Shown: piece after piece, positions 1 through 7,425 of the stretch
Layout: the number at the start of each line of letters is the position of its first letter
How positions within the stretch are numbered: position 1 is the first letter of the stretch
Made by a program: the position numbers and the translations under genes
Notes under the pieces: generated by a model
Database searches by the model: none
Seen by the model: only the letters and a program-made list of their open reading frames with translations
Told to the model about the DNA's origin: nothing
DNA from: a virus
Taxonomy: Duplodnaviria; Heunggongvirae; Uroviricota; Caudoviricetes
Strand: one strand, 5' to 3'
DNA: 9,863 bases
Virus record (IMG/VR): IMGVR_UViG_3300018488_000069
Coordinates: 1 to 9,863 of that record

Positions 1-218
1 ACGCTGTGCGGATGCGCCGTATGGTCGCCGTATTCCCGCATTAACAGAGAGGGCAGCTCGAGAGGGAGCCTCCTCTGCGCCAGTGAGTGGGGATAAGCAA
101 AAACGATACACACGGGGGATTACCGCGATAACGGAGCGCGGAGGTGTCCCCTCATGGCCGCTGGTCCGGTGCGATGGTGGAAGAAACCGGAACCAAATGC
201 AACTGATAGCCATCATCA

Positions 219-458
219 TTTTGCGGGTCCTCCTGGTAGGGTAGGCCTGTCCACGAGGCGGGTCGGCGCGGAAAAAAGCGCATTTTTGTGATTTTATCGT
301 CATCATCATCATGTGTGTAAGCTGTTGTTTTTAATGTAATTGATGAAAAAAAGATGATGGTTGTGGCCAATTTTTGTTCGACATCTTTGTGTGGCGGCAT
401 TTCTTTACAAAAAAAACAGAATCACTTCTGTTCAGAGGGGTATGTGGAGGAGGCGTAG
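219..458 (+). other. cos: Putative cos packaging site: cosQ-like GGGTCCT (225-231), GC-rich cosN-like core (~253-271), AT-rich cosB-like segment (~280-420) immediately upstream of the small terminase gene
   Basis: Seen: TTTTGCGGGTCCTCC at 219-233 and ACGAGGCGGGTCGGCGCGG at 253-271, followed by ~140 bp of AT-rich DNA with A/T runs and repeated TTGTGGC-like motifs (361-367, 398-404), ending ~190 bp before the Nu1-like start. From memory this resembles the lambda cosQ ...ACGGGTCCT... and cosN ...ACG/GGGCGGCGACCTCGCGGG... arrangement, with similar spacing to Nu1. Exact nick positions cannot be determined from sequence. Confidence 0.4.
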
Positions 459-935
459 ATGGACGGCGAGCTGAAAAATATGAAGTTAAATATTAATCAA
501 CTGGCAGCCCTTTCAGGCCTGCACCGGCAGACCGTTACCGCAAGAATGGCGGATGTTCCTCTTGCTCCGGGCAGTAATGAGAAGAAGAAACTTTATCTAC
601 TGACGGACCTGATTACTGCGCTGCTGGCAAAAACACCATCCACCGAAGATGAGGAGATGAATCCACACGATCGCAAGGCATGGTATCAGTCCGAGCGCGA
701 GCGTCTTAAATTTCAGCATGAAACTGTTCAGCTTGTGCCCGTCAGTGATGTCAGACGGTCGTTTTCTGTCGTGGTGAAAGCGATAGTTCAGATACTGGAA
801 ACCTGGCCTGACCGGCTGGAAAGGGACAGGGGGTGGACTGCATCACAACTGAATGAAGTGCAGATCGTTGTTGATGAGATCCGCGACACGCTGGAAAAGG
901 CAGTGATTGCCTGCTGTGATGAGGCTGATATGTGA
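459..935 (+). CDS. nu1: Terminase small subunit (lambda Nu1-like, DNA-binding)
   Basis: 158-aa ORF directly upstream of, and overlapping, the large terminase gene. GGAGGAGG Shine-Dalgarno at 444-451, 7 nt before ATG 459. N-terminal segment (NINQLAALSGLHRQTV) resembles the helix-turn-helix of Nu1-type small terminases. Start could alternatively be ATG 480. Confidence 0.8.
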   Translation: MDGELKNMKLNINQLAALSGLHRQTVTARMADVPLAPGSNEKKKLYLLTDLITALLAKTPSTEDEEMNPHDRKAWYQSERERLKFQHETVQLVPVSDVRRSFSVVVKAIVQILETWPDRLERDRGWTASQLNEVQIVVDEIRDTLEKAVIACCDEADM

Positions 936-3055
936 ATCCGGTTAACGAGTGCCATACCCGCGCATCCGATATCTGGCGGGAAGTGGCCTCGCTGTTTCGC
1001 CCACCTGGCCGTTTACCTGTGGCAGATGCCATCCGGCGTTACATGCGGGTGCCACGGGGAGCCAATACCTCCGGTCCGTGGGAGTCATCACTGACGCCCT
1101 ACATGATTGACCCCATTAATACATTATCAGCCCGTGAATATGATGCAGTGGTGTTTGTCGGACCTGCGCGAACGGGCAAAACCGAGGGGCTGATTGACGG
1201 CTGGATTGTGTACGGCATCATCTGTGATCCGGCTGACATGCTGGTGGTGCAGATGACCGAGACGAAGGCGCGTGAGCATTCCAGGACGCGTCTTTCCAGA
1301 ACGTTTCGCCACAGTCCGGAGGTCAGTAAGCGCCTCAGCCCTTCCCGCAATGACAACAACGTCCACGATAAAATGTTTCTTGACGGCTCCTTCCTGAAGA
1401 TTGGCTGGCCGTCGATCACCGTATTTTCCTCTTCGGATTACCGTCGTGTGGCGCTGACGGATTATGACCGTTTCCCTGAAAACGTGGACGGGGAAGGAGA
1501 TGCCTTCACCCTGGCATCAAAGCGTACCACCACCTTTATGTCCTCCGGGATGACCCTGGTCGAGAGTTCACCGGGGCGGGATATCACTGACACCAAATGG
1601 CGCTGTGGCGGCGCACATGAGGCACCGCCAACAACGGGGATCCTGTCACTGTATAACCGGGGAGACCGCCGCCGGTGGTACTGGCCGTGTCCGCACTGCG
1701 GGGAATATTTTCAGCCGGTGATGGATAACATGACCGGATACCGGAATAACCCGGATTTTGTGGCTGCCGGTCAGGCTGCCCGTCTGATGTGTCCGCACTG
1801 TCGCGGACTGATTGCCCCTGAGCAGAAACGTGAACTGAATAACCAGGGGATCTGGCTTCGTGAAGGTGAACGGGCGGCGGCGGACGGCAGTATCACCGGA
1901 ACGCCACGAAACTCCAGGATTGCGTCGTTCTGGATGGAAGGTCCGGCTGCCGCGTTTCAGACCTGGGAACAACTGATTTTTAAGCTGCTGGCGGCAGAGG
2001 AAGAGTATGAGCGAACCGGCAGTGAAGAAACGCTGAAAGCGGTGGTGAACACCGATATCGGACGGCCCTATCTGCCCCGTTCAGCCACGGAACAGCGTAA
2101 AAGTGAGCTGCTTGAACAGCGTGCGGAGCCGGTTCCCCGTCGGTGTGTGCCGGATGGCGTGCGCTTCATTGAGGCAACGGTTGACGTACAGGGCGGTAAA
2201 AACCGCCGGTTTGTGGTGCAGATCACAGGATACGGAGAGCAGGGAGAACGCTGGATTGTTGATCGCTACAACCTCCGGCATTCACTTCGCTGTGGTCTCG
2301 GCGGTGAAAGTCTGCCTGTCGATCCGGCAGCGTATCCGGAAGACTGGGACTTATTGCTGACGGATGTGTTCCATAAAACCTGGCCGCTGGCGTCTGATCC
2401 GGATGTGCATATGCGTCTTATGGCCATGGCCGTGGATACGGGCGGTGAGGCCGGGGTGACGGATAACGCCTATCGTTTCTGGCGGCAGTGCCGCCGCGAA
2501 GGGCTGGGTAACCGGGTGTTTCTGTTCAAGGGCGATGGCCTGCGTCGCGACAGACTGATTAACCGTACTTTCCCGGATAACACCGGCAGAAGTGCCCGCC
2601 GTGCCAGGGCCAGCGGTGATGTTGCCCTGTGGCTGGTGCAGACCGATGCGTTTAAGGACCGGGTGAATAATGCCCTGTGGCGTGACACGCCGGGACCGAA
2701 TTATATCCACTTTCCCGACTGGCTGGGGCGCTGGTTTTTCGATGAGCTGACCTATGAGGAGCGCGGCAGTGACGGAAAATGGCGAAAACCGGGCAGGGGC
2801 GCTAACGAAGCGTTTGACCTGCTGGTCTACGCGGATGCGCTTGCCGTTCTGCATGGTTACGAAAAAATCCGCTGGCCGTCTGCACCTGACTGGGCACAAC
2901 GGGAAACGTGGCTTGTCGTTCCGGAGGAGCGTTCAGGGCTGACAACATCACGGGCGCTGCCGGAAAGGAAAGAAAAACGCCGTCACCGGAAGGAAAAACT
3001 GCGCACAGAGCGTGCAGAGGATAATCCGTGGATAACATCAGGAGGCTGGTTGTGA
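932..3055 (+). CDS. A: Terminase large subunit (lambda gpA family; ATPase/endonuclease)
   Basis: 707-aa ORF with a GTG start inside the Nu1 stop (ATGTGA overlap). Walker A P-loop GPARTGKT encoded at 1160-1183. Paired CPHC cysteine motifs (C-P-H-C at 1688-1699 and 1790-1801), as in gpA-type terminases. N-terminus (..SLFRP..) aligns by eye with the lambda gpA N-terminus. Confidence 0.9.
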   Translation: MNPVNECHTRASDIWREVASLFRPPGRLPVADAIRRYMRVPRGANTSGPWESSLTPYMIDPINTLSAREYDAVVFVGPARTGKTEGLIDGWIVYGIICDPADMLVVQMTETKAREHSRTRLSRTFRHSPEVSKRLSPSRNDNNVHDKMFLDGSFLKIGWPSITVFSSSDYRRVALTDYDRFPENVDGEGDAFTLASKRTTTFMSSGMTLVESSPGRDITDTKWRCGGAHEAPPTTGILSLYNRGDRRRWYWPCPHCGEYFQPVMDNMTGYRNNPDFVAAGQAARLMCPHCRGLIAPEQKRELNNQGIWLREGERAAADGSITGTPRNSRIASFWMEGPAAAFQTWEQLIFKLLAAEEEYERTGSEETLKAVVNTDIGRPYLPRSATEQRKSELLEQRAEPVPRRCVPDGVRFIEATVDVQGGKNRRFVVQITGYGEQGERWIVDRYNLRHSLRCGLGGESLPVDPAAYPEDWDLLLTDVFHKTWPLASDPDVHMRLMAMAVDTGGEAGVTDNAYRFWRQCRREGLGNRVFLFKGDGLRRDRLINRTFPDNTGRSARRARASGDVALWLVQTDAFKDRVNNALWRDTPGPNYIHFPDWLGRWFFDELTYEERGSDGKWRKPGRGANEAFDLLVYADALAVLHGYEKIRWPSAPDWAQRETWLVVPEERSGLTTSRALPERKEKRRHRKEKLRTERAEDNPWITSGGWL

Positions 3056-3264
3056 GTATTGAGGATGTCAGGAACATGATACAGCGGTACCGCGATGCGG
3101 AAATGGCGGTACTGGAAGGAAAATCCGTCACGTTTAACGGGCAGCAGCTGACGCTGGAAAGTCTGTCCCAGATCCGCGCCGGTCGGCAGGAGTGGGAGCG
3201 AAGACTTACGGCGATGGCGAACCGCAGACGGGGGAGTCCGGGGTTTAAACTGGCGAGGTTATGA
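3052..3264 (+). CDS. W: Head completion / head-tail connector protein (lambda gpW-like)
   Basis: Small ORF between terminase and portal with C-terminal ..RRRGSPGF.. resembling the lambda gpW C-terminus. The ORF track opens at ATG 3028 (78 aa), but AGGAGG at 3040-3045 sits 6 nt before GTG 3052, giving a 70-aa product overlapping the gpA stop (GTGA). Start uncertain among 3028, 3052 and 3076. Confidence 0.75.
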   Translation: MSIEDVRNMIQRYRDAEMAVLEGKSVTFNGQQLTLESLSQIRAGRQEWERRLTAMANRRRGSPGFKLARL

Positions 3265-4766
3265 TGGCGATTAGTGATGATGTGATTGGTTTTTTCTCGC
3301 CCGGCTGGAAAGCGGCGCGGTTACGCTCAAGGGCATTAATTATGGCCTATGAGGCCGTGAAACCCACCCGCACACACAAAGCCAGGCGGGAAAACCGTTC
3401 TGCCGATCAGCTCAGTAAATACGGTGCGGTTTCCCTGCGCGAGCAGGCCCGTTTTCTGGATATCAATCATGACCTGGTGATTGGTGTGTTTGACAAGCTG
3501 GAAGAGCGGGTGATTGGTGCCAGGGGAATTATTGTGGAGCCTCAGCCATTACGAAAAAACGGGGAAATGGCGGCAGAGCTGGCTGCGGATATCCGCCGGT
3601 TGTGGGCTGAATGGTCCGTGAGTCCGGATGTGACAGGGCAGTATACCCGTCCCGTGCTTGAACGTTTACTGCTGCGGACCTGGCTGCGGGATGGTGAAGT
3701 GTTTGCGCAGATGGTCAGTGGTGCGGGAAACGGTCTGGAACGGACGGCGGGAGTGCCATTCTGGCTTGAGGCGATGGAGCCGGATTTTGTGCCCATGCGC
3801 AGTGATGAGTCTGCCGGACTGAATCAGGGGGTTTTTCTTGATGAGTGGGGAAGACCGAAAAAATATCTGGTTTATAAAAATTATCCGGTCAGCGGCCGGC
3901 AGAGTGATACGAAAGAAATCGCTGCCGGAAAAATGATCCACCTGAAGTTCACTCGTCGTCTGCATCAGACGCGAGGCTCATCCATGTTATCAGGGGTGCT
4001 GATGCGGATCAGTGCCCTTAAGGAGTATGAGGATGCGGAACTGACTGCGGCGCGTATTGCTGCGGCACTGGGACTGTATATCCGTAAAGGTGACGGGCAG
4101 GACTATGAAGATCCGGGGATCAAAGAAACCGAGCGGGAAGTCCGTATCACCCCGGGTATTATTTATGACGATTTGCGCAAGGGCGAGGATATCGGCATGG
4201 TCAAATCTGACCGTCCCAATCCCAACCTTGAAACTTTCCGCAACGGCCAGTTGCGTGCAGTGGCAGCTGGCAGTCGTCTGAGTTTTTCCAGTGCGGCGCG
4301 TAACTATAACGGCACCTACAGCGCCCAGAGGCAGGAGCTGGTCGAGTCCACGGATGGTTACCTGATCCTGCAGGACTGTTTTATTGGCGCGGTAACCCGC
4401 CCGGTGTACCGGACATGGCTGAATATGGTGGTTGCGGCAGGTCTGCTGAAAATTCCGGCGGATGTGGAGATGAAAACGCTATATAACGCGACGTATTCCG
4501 GTCCGGTGATGCCGTGGATCGACCCGGTTAAGGAAGCTGAAGCCTGGAGAATTCAGATCCGGGGTGGTGCAGCGACAGAATCTGACTGGGTGCGTGCCGG
4601 CGGGCGCAATCCGGATGAGGTCAAACGTCGCCGCAAGGCTGAAATTGATGAAAACAGCAGACTGGGGCTGGTCTTTGATACTGACCCCGTCAACGACAAA
4701 GGAGGCAACAGTGCCGGAACTGAACAACAGCGTCAGCAGGCCACCGAAAGCCAGCATGAAGAATAA
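3261..4766 (+). CDS. B: Portal protein (gpB-equivalent)
   Basis: 501-aa ORF in the canonical portal position (after W, before protease/capsid). ATG overlaps the W stop (ATGA). Size fits portal proteins. Assignment is by synteny and size, not by a recognised motif. Confidence 0.8.
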   Translation: MMAISDDVIGFFSPGWKAARLRSRALIMAYEAVKPTRTHKARRENRSADQLSKYGAVSLREQARFLDINHDLVIGVFDKLEERVIGARGIIVEPQPLRKNGEMAAELAADIRRLWAEWSVSPDVTGQYTRPVLERLLLRTWLRDGEVFAQMVSGAGNGLERTAGVPFWLEAMEPDFVPMRSDESAGLNQGVFLDEWGRPKKYLVYKNYPVSGRQSDTKEIAAGKMIHLKFTRRLHQTRGSSMLSGVLMRISALKEYEDAELTAARIAAALGLYIRKGDGQDYEDPGIKETEREVRITPGIIYDDLRKGEDIGMVKSDRPNPNLETFRNGQLRAVAAGSRLSFSSAARNYNGTYSAQRQELVESTDGYLILQDCFIGAVTRPVYRTWLNMVVAAGLLKIPADVEMKTLYNATYSGPVMPWIDPVKEAEAWRIQIRGGAATESDWVRAGGRNPDEVKRRRKAEIDENSRLGLVFDTDPVNDKGGNSAGTEQQRQQATESQHEE

Positions 4767-6735
4767 ATCCTGGTTCAGGATGCAGGCGGGTGGTCAGGGT
4801 GAGGCGGATATTTATATTTATGACGAGATTGGTTTCTGGGGCGTCACCGCGAAGCAGTTTGTCAGCGATATGAATGCCCTGGGTGATATCACCCACATTA
4901 ATCTCCACATCAACTCACCGGGTGGCGATGTTTTTGAAGGCATCGCCATTTTTAATGCCCTGAAAAATCACGGTGCGGCCATTACCGTGTATGTGGATGG
5001 CGTTGCCGCCTCGATGGCATCCCTGATTGCGATGGCCGGTGACACGGTCATTATGCCGGAAAATGCCTTCATGATGATCCATAAACCCTGGGGGATCAGC
5101 GGTGGTGATGCGGAGAAAATGCGCACTTATGCCGAACGTCTGGACAAACTTGAGTCGGTTATGGTGCCGGTATATGCGCAGAAAACCGGAAAAACTACCG
5201 ATGAAATTGCCGCCATGCTGGCGGATGAGACCTGGATGTCCGGTGCCGAGTGTCTGGCACACGGATTTGCAGACCAGGTGACGCCAGCCGTTAAGGCAAT
5301 GGCATGTATTCAGTCAAAACGTACAGAGGAATTTAAAAAGATGCCGGAATCCATCCGAAATATGATCACGCAGCCACACAACTGTGCCCCGCATGATACC
5401 ACAGTGACAATCCCTGCACCGGCGGTAACAGAACCATCACCGGTACCGGCAGTGGCTGATGAAGCGAACATTCGTGCCCGGGGTATGGCAGAACAGAAAG
5501 CCCGCATGTCAGGCATTAACGATCTGTTTGCCATGTTCGGCGGTCGCTATCAGACGCTTCAGGCACAGTGCGTGGCTGATCCTGACTGTTCGCTGGAAAT
5601 GGCCCGTGAACGTCTGCTGAATGAAATGGGCAAGGAGTCCTCGCCGACCAACAAAAACACACCGGCCCATATTTATGCCGGAAACGGCAATTTTGTGGGG
5701 GACGGGATCCGCCAGGCGATGCTGGCCCGTGCCGGATTTGAAAATGTCGAGAAGGATAACGCCTATAACGGGATGACCCTGCGCGAATGGGCTCGCATGT
5801 CACTGACGGAGCGCGGTATTGGGGTGGCCAGTTATAACCCCATGCAGATGGTCGGGCTGGCGCTGACGCACAGCACTTCTGATTTTGGTAATATTCTGCT
5901 GGATGTGTCGAACAAGGGGCTGATCCAGGGCTGGGAGGAATCAGAAGAAACCTTCCAGAAGTGGACCCGTAAGGGCCGCCTGTCAGACTTCAAAACAGCA
6001 TATCGCGTGGGCATGGGCGGTTTTGGTTCGCTGCGTCAGGTTCGTGAGGGGGCGGAGTATAAATACATCACCACCTCAGATCGCAAGGAGACCATTGCAC
6101 TGGCCACCTACGGGGAGATTTTCTCCATCACCCGCCAGGCCATTATCAATGATGACCTGAATATGCTGGTGGACGTGCCGATGAAGATGGGGCGTGCGGC
6201 GAAGGCAACGATTGGTGACCTGGTCTACAAGGTGCTGACGGATAACCCGAAACTGTCAGACGGTAAGGCGCTGTTCCATGCCGATCACAAAAATATTGCC
6301 ACCGGCGGGATCTCCGTTTCCGGACTGGATGCGGCCCGTCAGATGATGCGCCTGCAGAAAGAAGGCGATCGTGCCCTGAATATCCGCCCGGCCTTCATGC
6401 TGGTCCCTGTGGCACTGGAGACGGTGGCGAACCAGACCATCAAATCGGCCAGTGTGAAAGGGGCGGATGCAAACGCCGGTGTCATTAACCCCATCCAGAA
6501 CTTTGCTGAGGTGATTGCAGAAGCGCGTCTTGATGCGGCAGATCCGAAAACCTGGTATCTGGCGGCGGCACAGGGCACCGACACCATTGAAGTGGCCTGG
6601 CTGGATGGGGTGGACACGCCATACATTGACCAGCAGGAAGGTTTCACCACTGACGGCATTGCCACAAAAATCCGTATTGATGCCGGTGTGGCACCGCTTG
6701 ACTGGCGCGGACTGGTGCGTTCGTCGGTGGCCTGA
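4711..6735 (+). CDS. Fused head maturation protease (ClpP-like, S14) - linker/scaffold - major capsid protein ('tripartite' capsid gene)
   Basis: Single long ORF. N-terminal ~190 aa carry ClpP-like catalytic motifs: Ser in GVAASMASL (codon 5011-5013), His in MMIHKPWG (codon 5080-5082), Asp in HGFADQV. A Pro/Ala-rich linker and helical segment (~5400-5640) is followed by ~360 aa of capsid-like sequence. Three in-frame start candidates: GTG 4711 (AAGGAGG at 4698-4704, 6-nt spacer), ATG 4756, ATG 4780; the ORF track's 4564 start is not supported. Overlaps the portal 3' end. Confidence 0.85.
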   Translation: MPELNNSVSRPPKASMKNKSWFRMQAGGQGEADIYIYDEIGFWGVTAKQFVSDMNALGDITHINLHINSPGGDVFEGIAIFNALKNHGAAITVYVDGVAASMASLIAMAGDTVIMPENAFMMIHKPWGISGGDAEKMRTYAERLDKLESVMVPVYAQKTGKTTDEIAAMLADETWMSGAECLAHGFADQVTPAVKAMACIQSKRTEEFKKMPESIRNMITQPHNCAPHDTTVTIPAPAVTEPSPVPAVADEANIRARGMAEQKARMSGINDLFAMFGGRYQTLQAQCVADPDCSLEMARERLLNEMGKESSPTNKNTPAHIYAGNGNFVGDGIRQAMLARAGFENVEKDNAYNGMTLREWARMSLTERGIGVASYNPMQMVGLALTHSTSDFGNILLDVSNKGLIQGWEESEETFQKWTRKGRLSDFKTAYRVGMGGFGSLRQVREGAEYKYITTSDRKETIALATYGEIFSITRQAIINDDLNMLVDVPMKMGRAAKATIGDLVYKVLTDNPKLSDGKALFHADHKNIATGGISVSGLDAARQMMRLQKEGDRALNIRPAFMLVPVALETVANQTIKSASVKGADANAGVINPIQNFAEVIAEARLDAADPKTWYLAAAQGTDTIEVAWLDGVDTPYIDQQEGFTTDGIATKIRIDAGVAPLDWRGLVRSSVA

Positions 6736-6757
6736 TAACCGCGTTATCACAATCACT

Positions 6758-6776
6758 GCCCGAAAGGGCTTTTTTT
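6758..6776 (+). terminator. Weak rho-independent-terminator-like hairpin after the capsid gene
   Basis: GCCC-GAAA-GGGC (6758-6769) followed by TTTTTTT (6770-6776), 23 nt after the capsid stop. The stem is only 4 bp, so this may be a partial attenuator or mRNA 3'-stabiliser rather than a full terminator. Confidence 0.3.
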
Positions 6777-6822
6777 ATGCCTGAAAAACAGCCCCACAGG
6801 GGCTGTCCGGAGAAACAGCATT

Positions 6823-7149
6823 ATGGCGAAAAATTTTGTACAGGACGGCACCACCATTGAGCTGGTGAATGCCGGGGATCAGACCATTCTGAGCGGTGCC
6901 GCTGTGGTGGTTGGCAGCATGGTGGCAGTGGCCATTACCGATATTCCTGCCGGGGAGACCGGTGACGGGTTCGCCGAAGGCGTGTTCCTGCTGCCAAAAC
7001 AGTCTGCCGACGATATTCAGGCCGGTGTGGCGGTTTATCTGAAGGACGGGACTGTGCAGCCTGCCGCAGACGGTGCAGTGGCTGCGGGGGTAGCCTGGGA
7101 AAATGCCCCTGCAAACAGCGCCACTGTGGCAGTAAAAATCAATGTCTGA
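6823..7149 (+). CDS. Small Ala/Gly/Val-rich capsid-associated protein (putative head decoration/cement protein, DUF2190-like)
   Basis: 108-aa ORF immediately downstream of the capsid gene, with GGAGA (6809-6813) 9 nt before the ATG. Composition and size are typical of small beta-rich decoration proteins encoded next to HK97-fold capsid genes. Function is inferred from position and composition only. Confidence 0.55.
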   Translation: MAKNFVQDGTTIELVNAGDQTILSGAAVVVGSMVAVAITDIPAGETGDGFAEGVFLLPKQSADDIQAGVAVYLKDGTVQPAADGAVAAGVAWENAPANSATVAVKINV

Positions 7150-7423
7150 TCTGTTTACGCGAATGTGTTGCCGGATGGACATGGCGACCGTACGCATGAT
7201 GGGGAAAACGGCGGAGATTAACGGCATCAGTTATGACGTGATACCGGAGTATGAGTCTGCGGATATGGGGGCGCTTTCCGGCAGTCAGTTGTCACTGGTG
7301 GTGTTTTCAGCGCAGTACCGGCCGGCCCGCGATGATGTGGTTGTGTTTGAAGGCCGCACACTGACGGTGACCCGTTATGACACGTACAACGGTAAACCCC
7401 GGATTTTTGTCGAACAGGAATAA
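7142..7423 (+). CDS. Head-tail joining protein (lambda FII-like position)
   Basis: 93-aa ORF whose ATG overlaps the upstream stop (ATGTCTGA), located between the head genes and Z exactly where lambda FII sits. Only weak visible similarity to lambda FII; assignment is mainly by synteny. Confidence 0.55.
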   Translation: MSDLFTRMCCRMDMATVRMMGKTAEINGISYDVIPEYESADMGALSGSQLSLVVFSAQYRPARDDVVVFEGRTLTVTRYDTYNGKPRIFVEQE

Positions 7424-7425
7424 GT

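Noticed and set aside
301-312. (CAT)4 microsatellite-like repeat, with a shorter CATCATCAT at 211-219
   Set aside because: Too short to call a repeat feature; probably part of the AT-rich cosB-like architecture rather than an independent element.
152-400. 82-aa minus-strand ORF spanning the cos-like region
   Set aside because: Low-complexity translation (DDDDD from the CAT repeat), crosses AT-rich non-coding DNA, no RBS; most likely a chance ORF over the packaging site.
1099-3131. Minus-strand ORFs 1099-1419, 1127-1366, 1646-1972, 2081-2281, 2351-2899, 2470-2688, 2802-3131 and plus-strand alternate-frame ORFs 2103-2360, 2754-2942
   Set aside because: All lie entirely within the well-supported large terminase gene in antisense or alternate frames; Arg/Pro/Ser-rich translations typical of GC-rich off-frame reading; no RBS context.
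3542-4281. Minus-strand ORFs 3542-3796, 3666-3965 and plus-strand alternate-frame ORF 4057-4281 inside the portal gene
   Set aside because: Embedded in the portal coding region with no independent signals; judged spurious.
4564-4710. ORF-track extension of the capsid ORF back to 4564 (MVQRQNLTG..)
   Set aside because: This upstream stretch is the portal 3' region read in another frame and has no RBS at 4564; the real start is more likely GTG 4711 or ATG 4756.
4479-6784. Minus-strand ORFs 4479-4757, 4690-4908, 4915-5262, 5310-5534, 5516-5803, 5832-6014, 6256-6756, 6339-6665 and plus-strand alternate-frame ORF 6515-6784
   Set aside because: Antisense or off-frame to the protease/capsid polyprotein; no start-site support; compositionally unlike real proteins.
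6777-6822. Short ATG-initiated reading frame starting in the T-run of the intergenic hairpin region
   Set aside because: No RBS, and it overlaps the structured spacer and the start of the next gene out of frame; not a credible gene.
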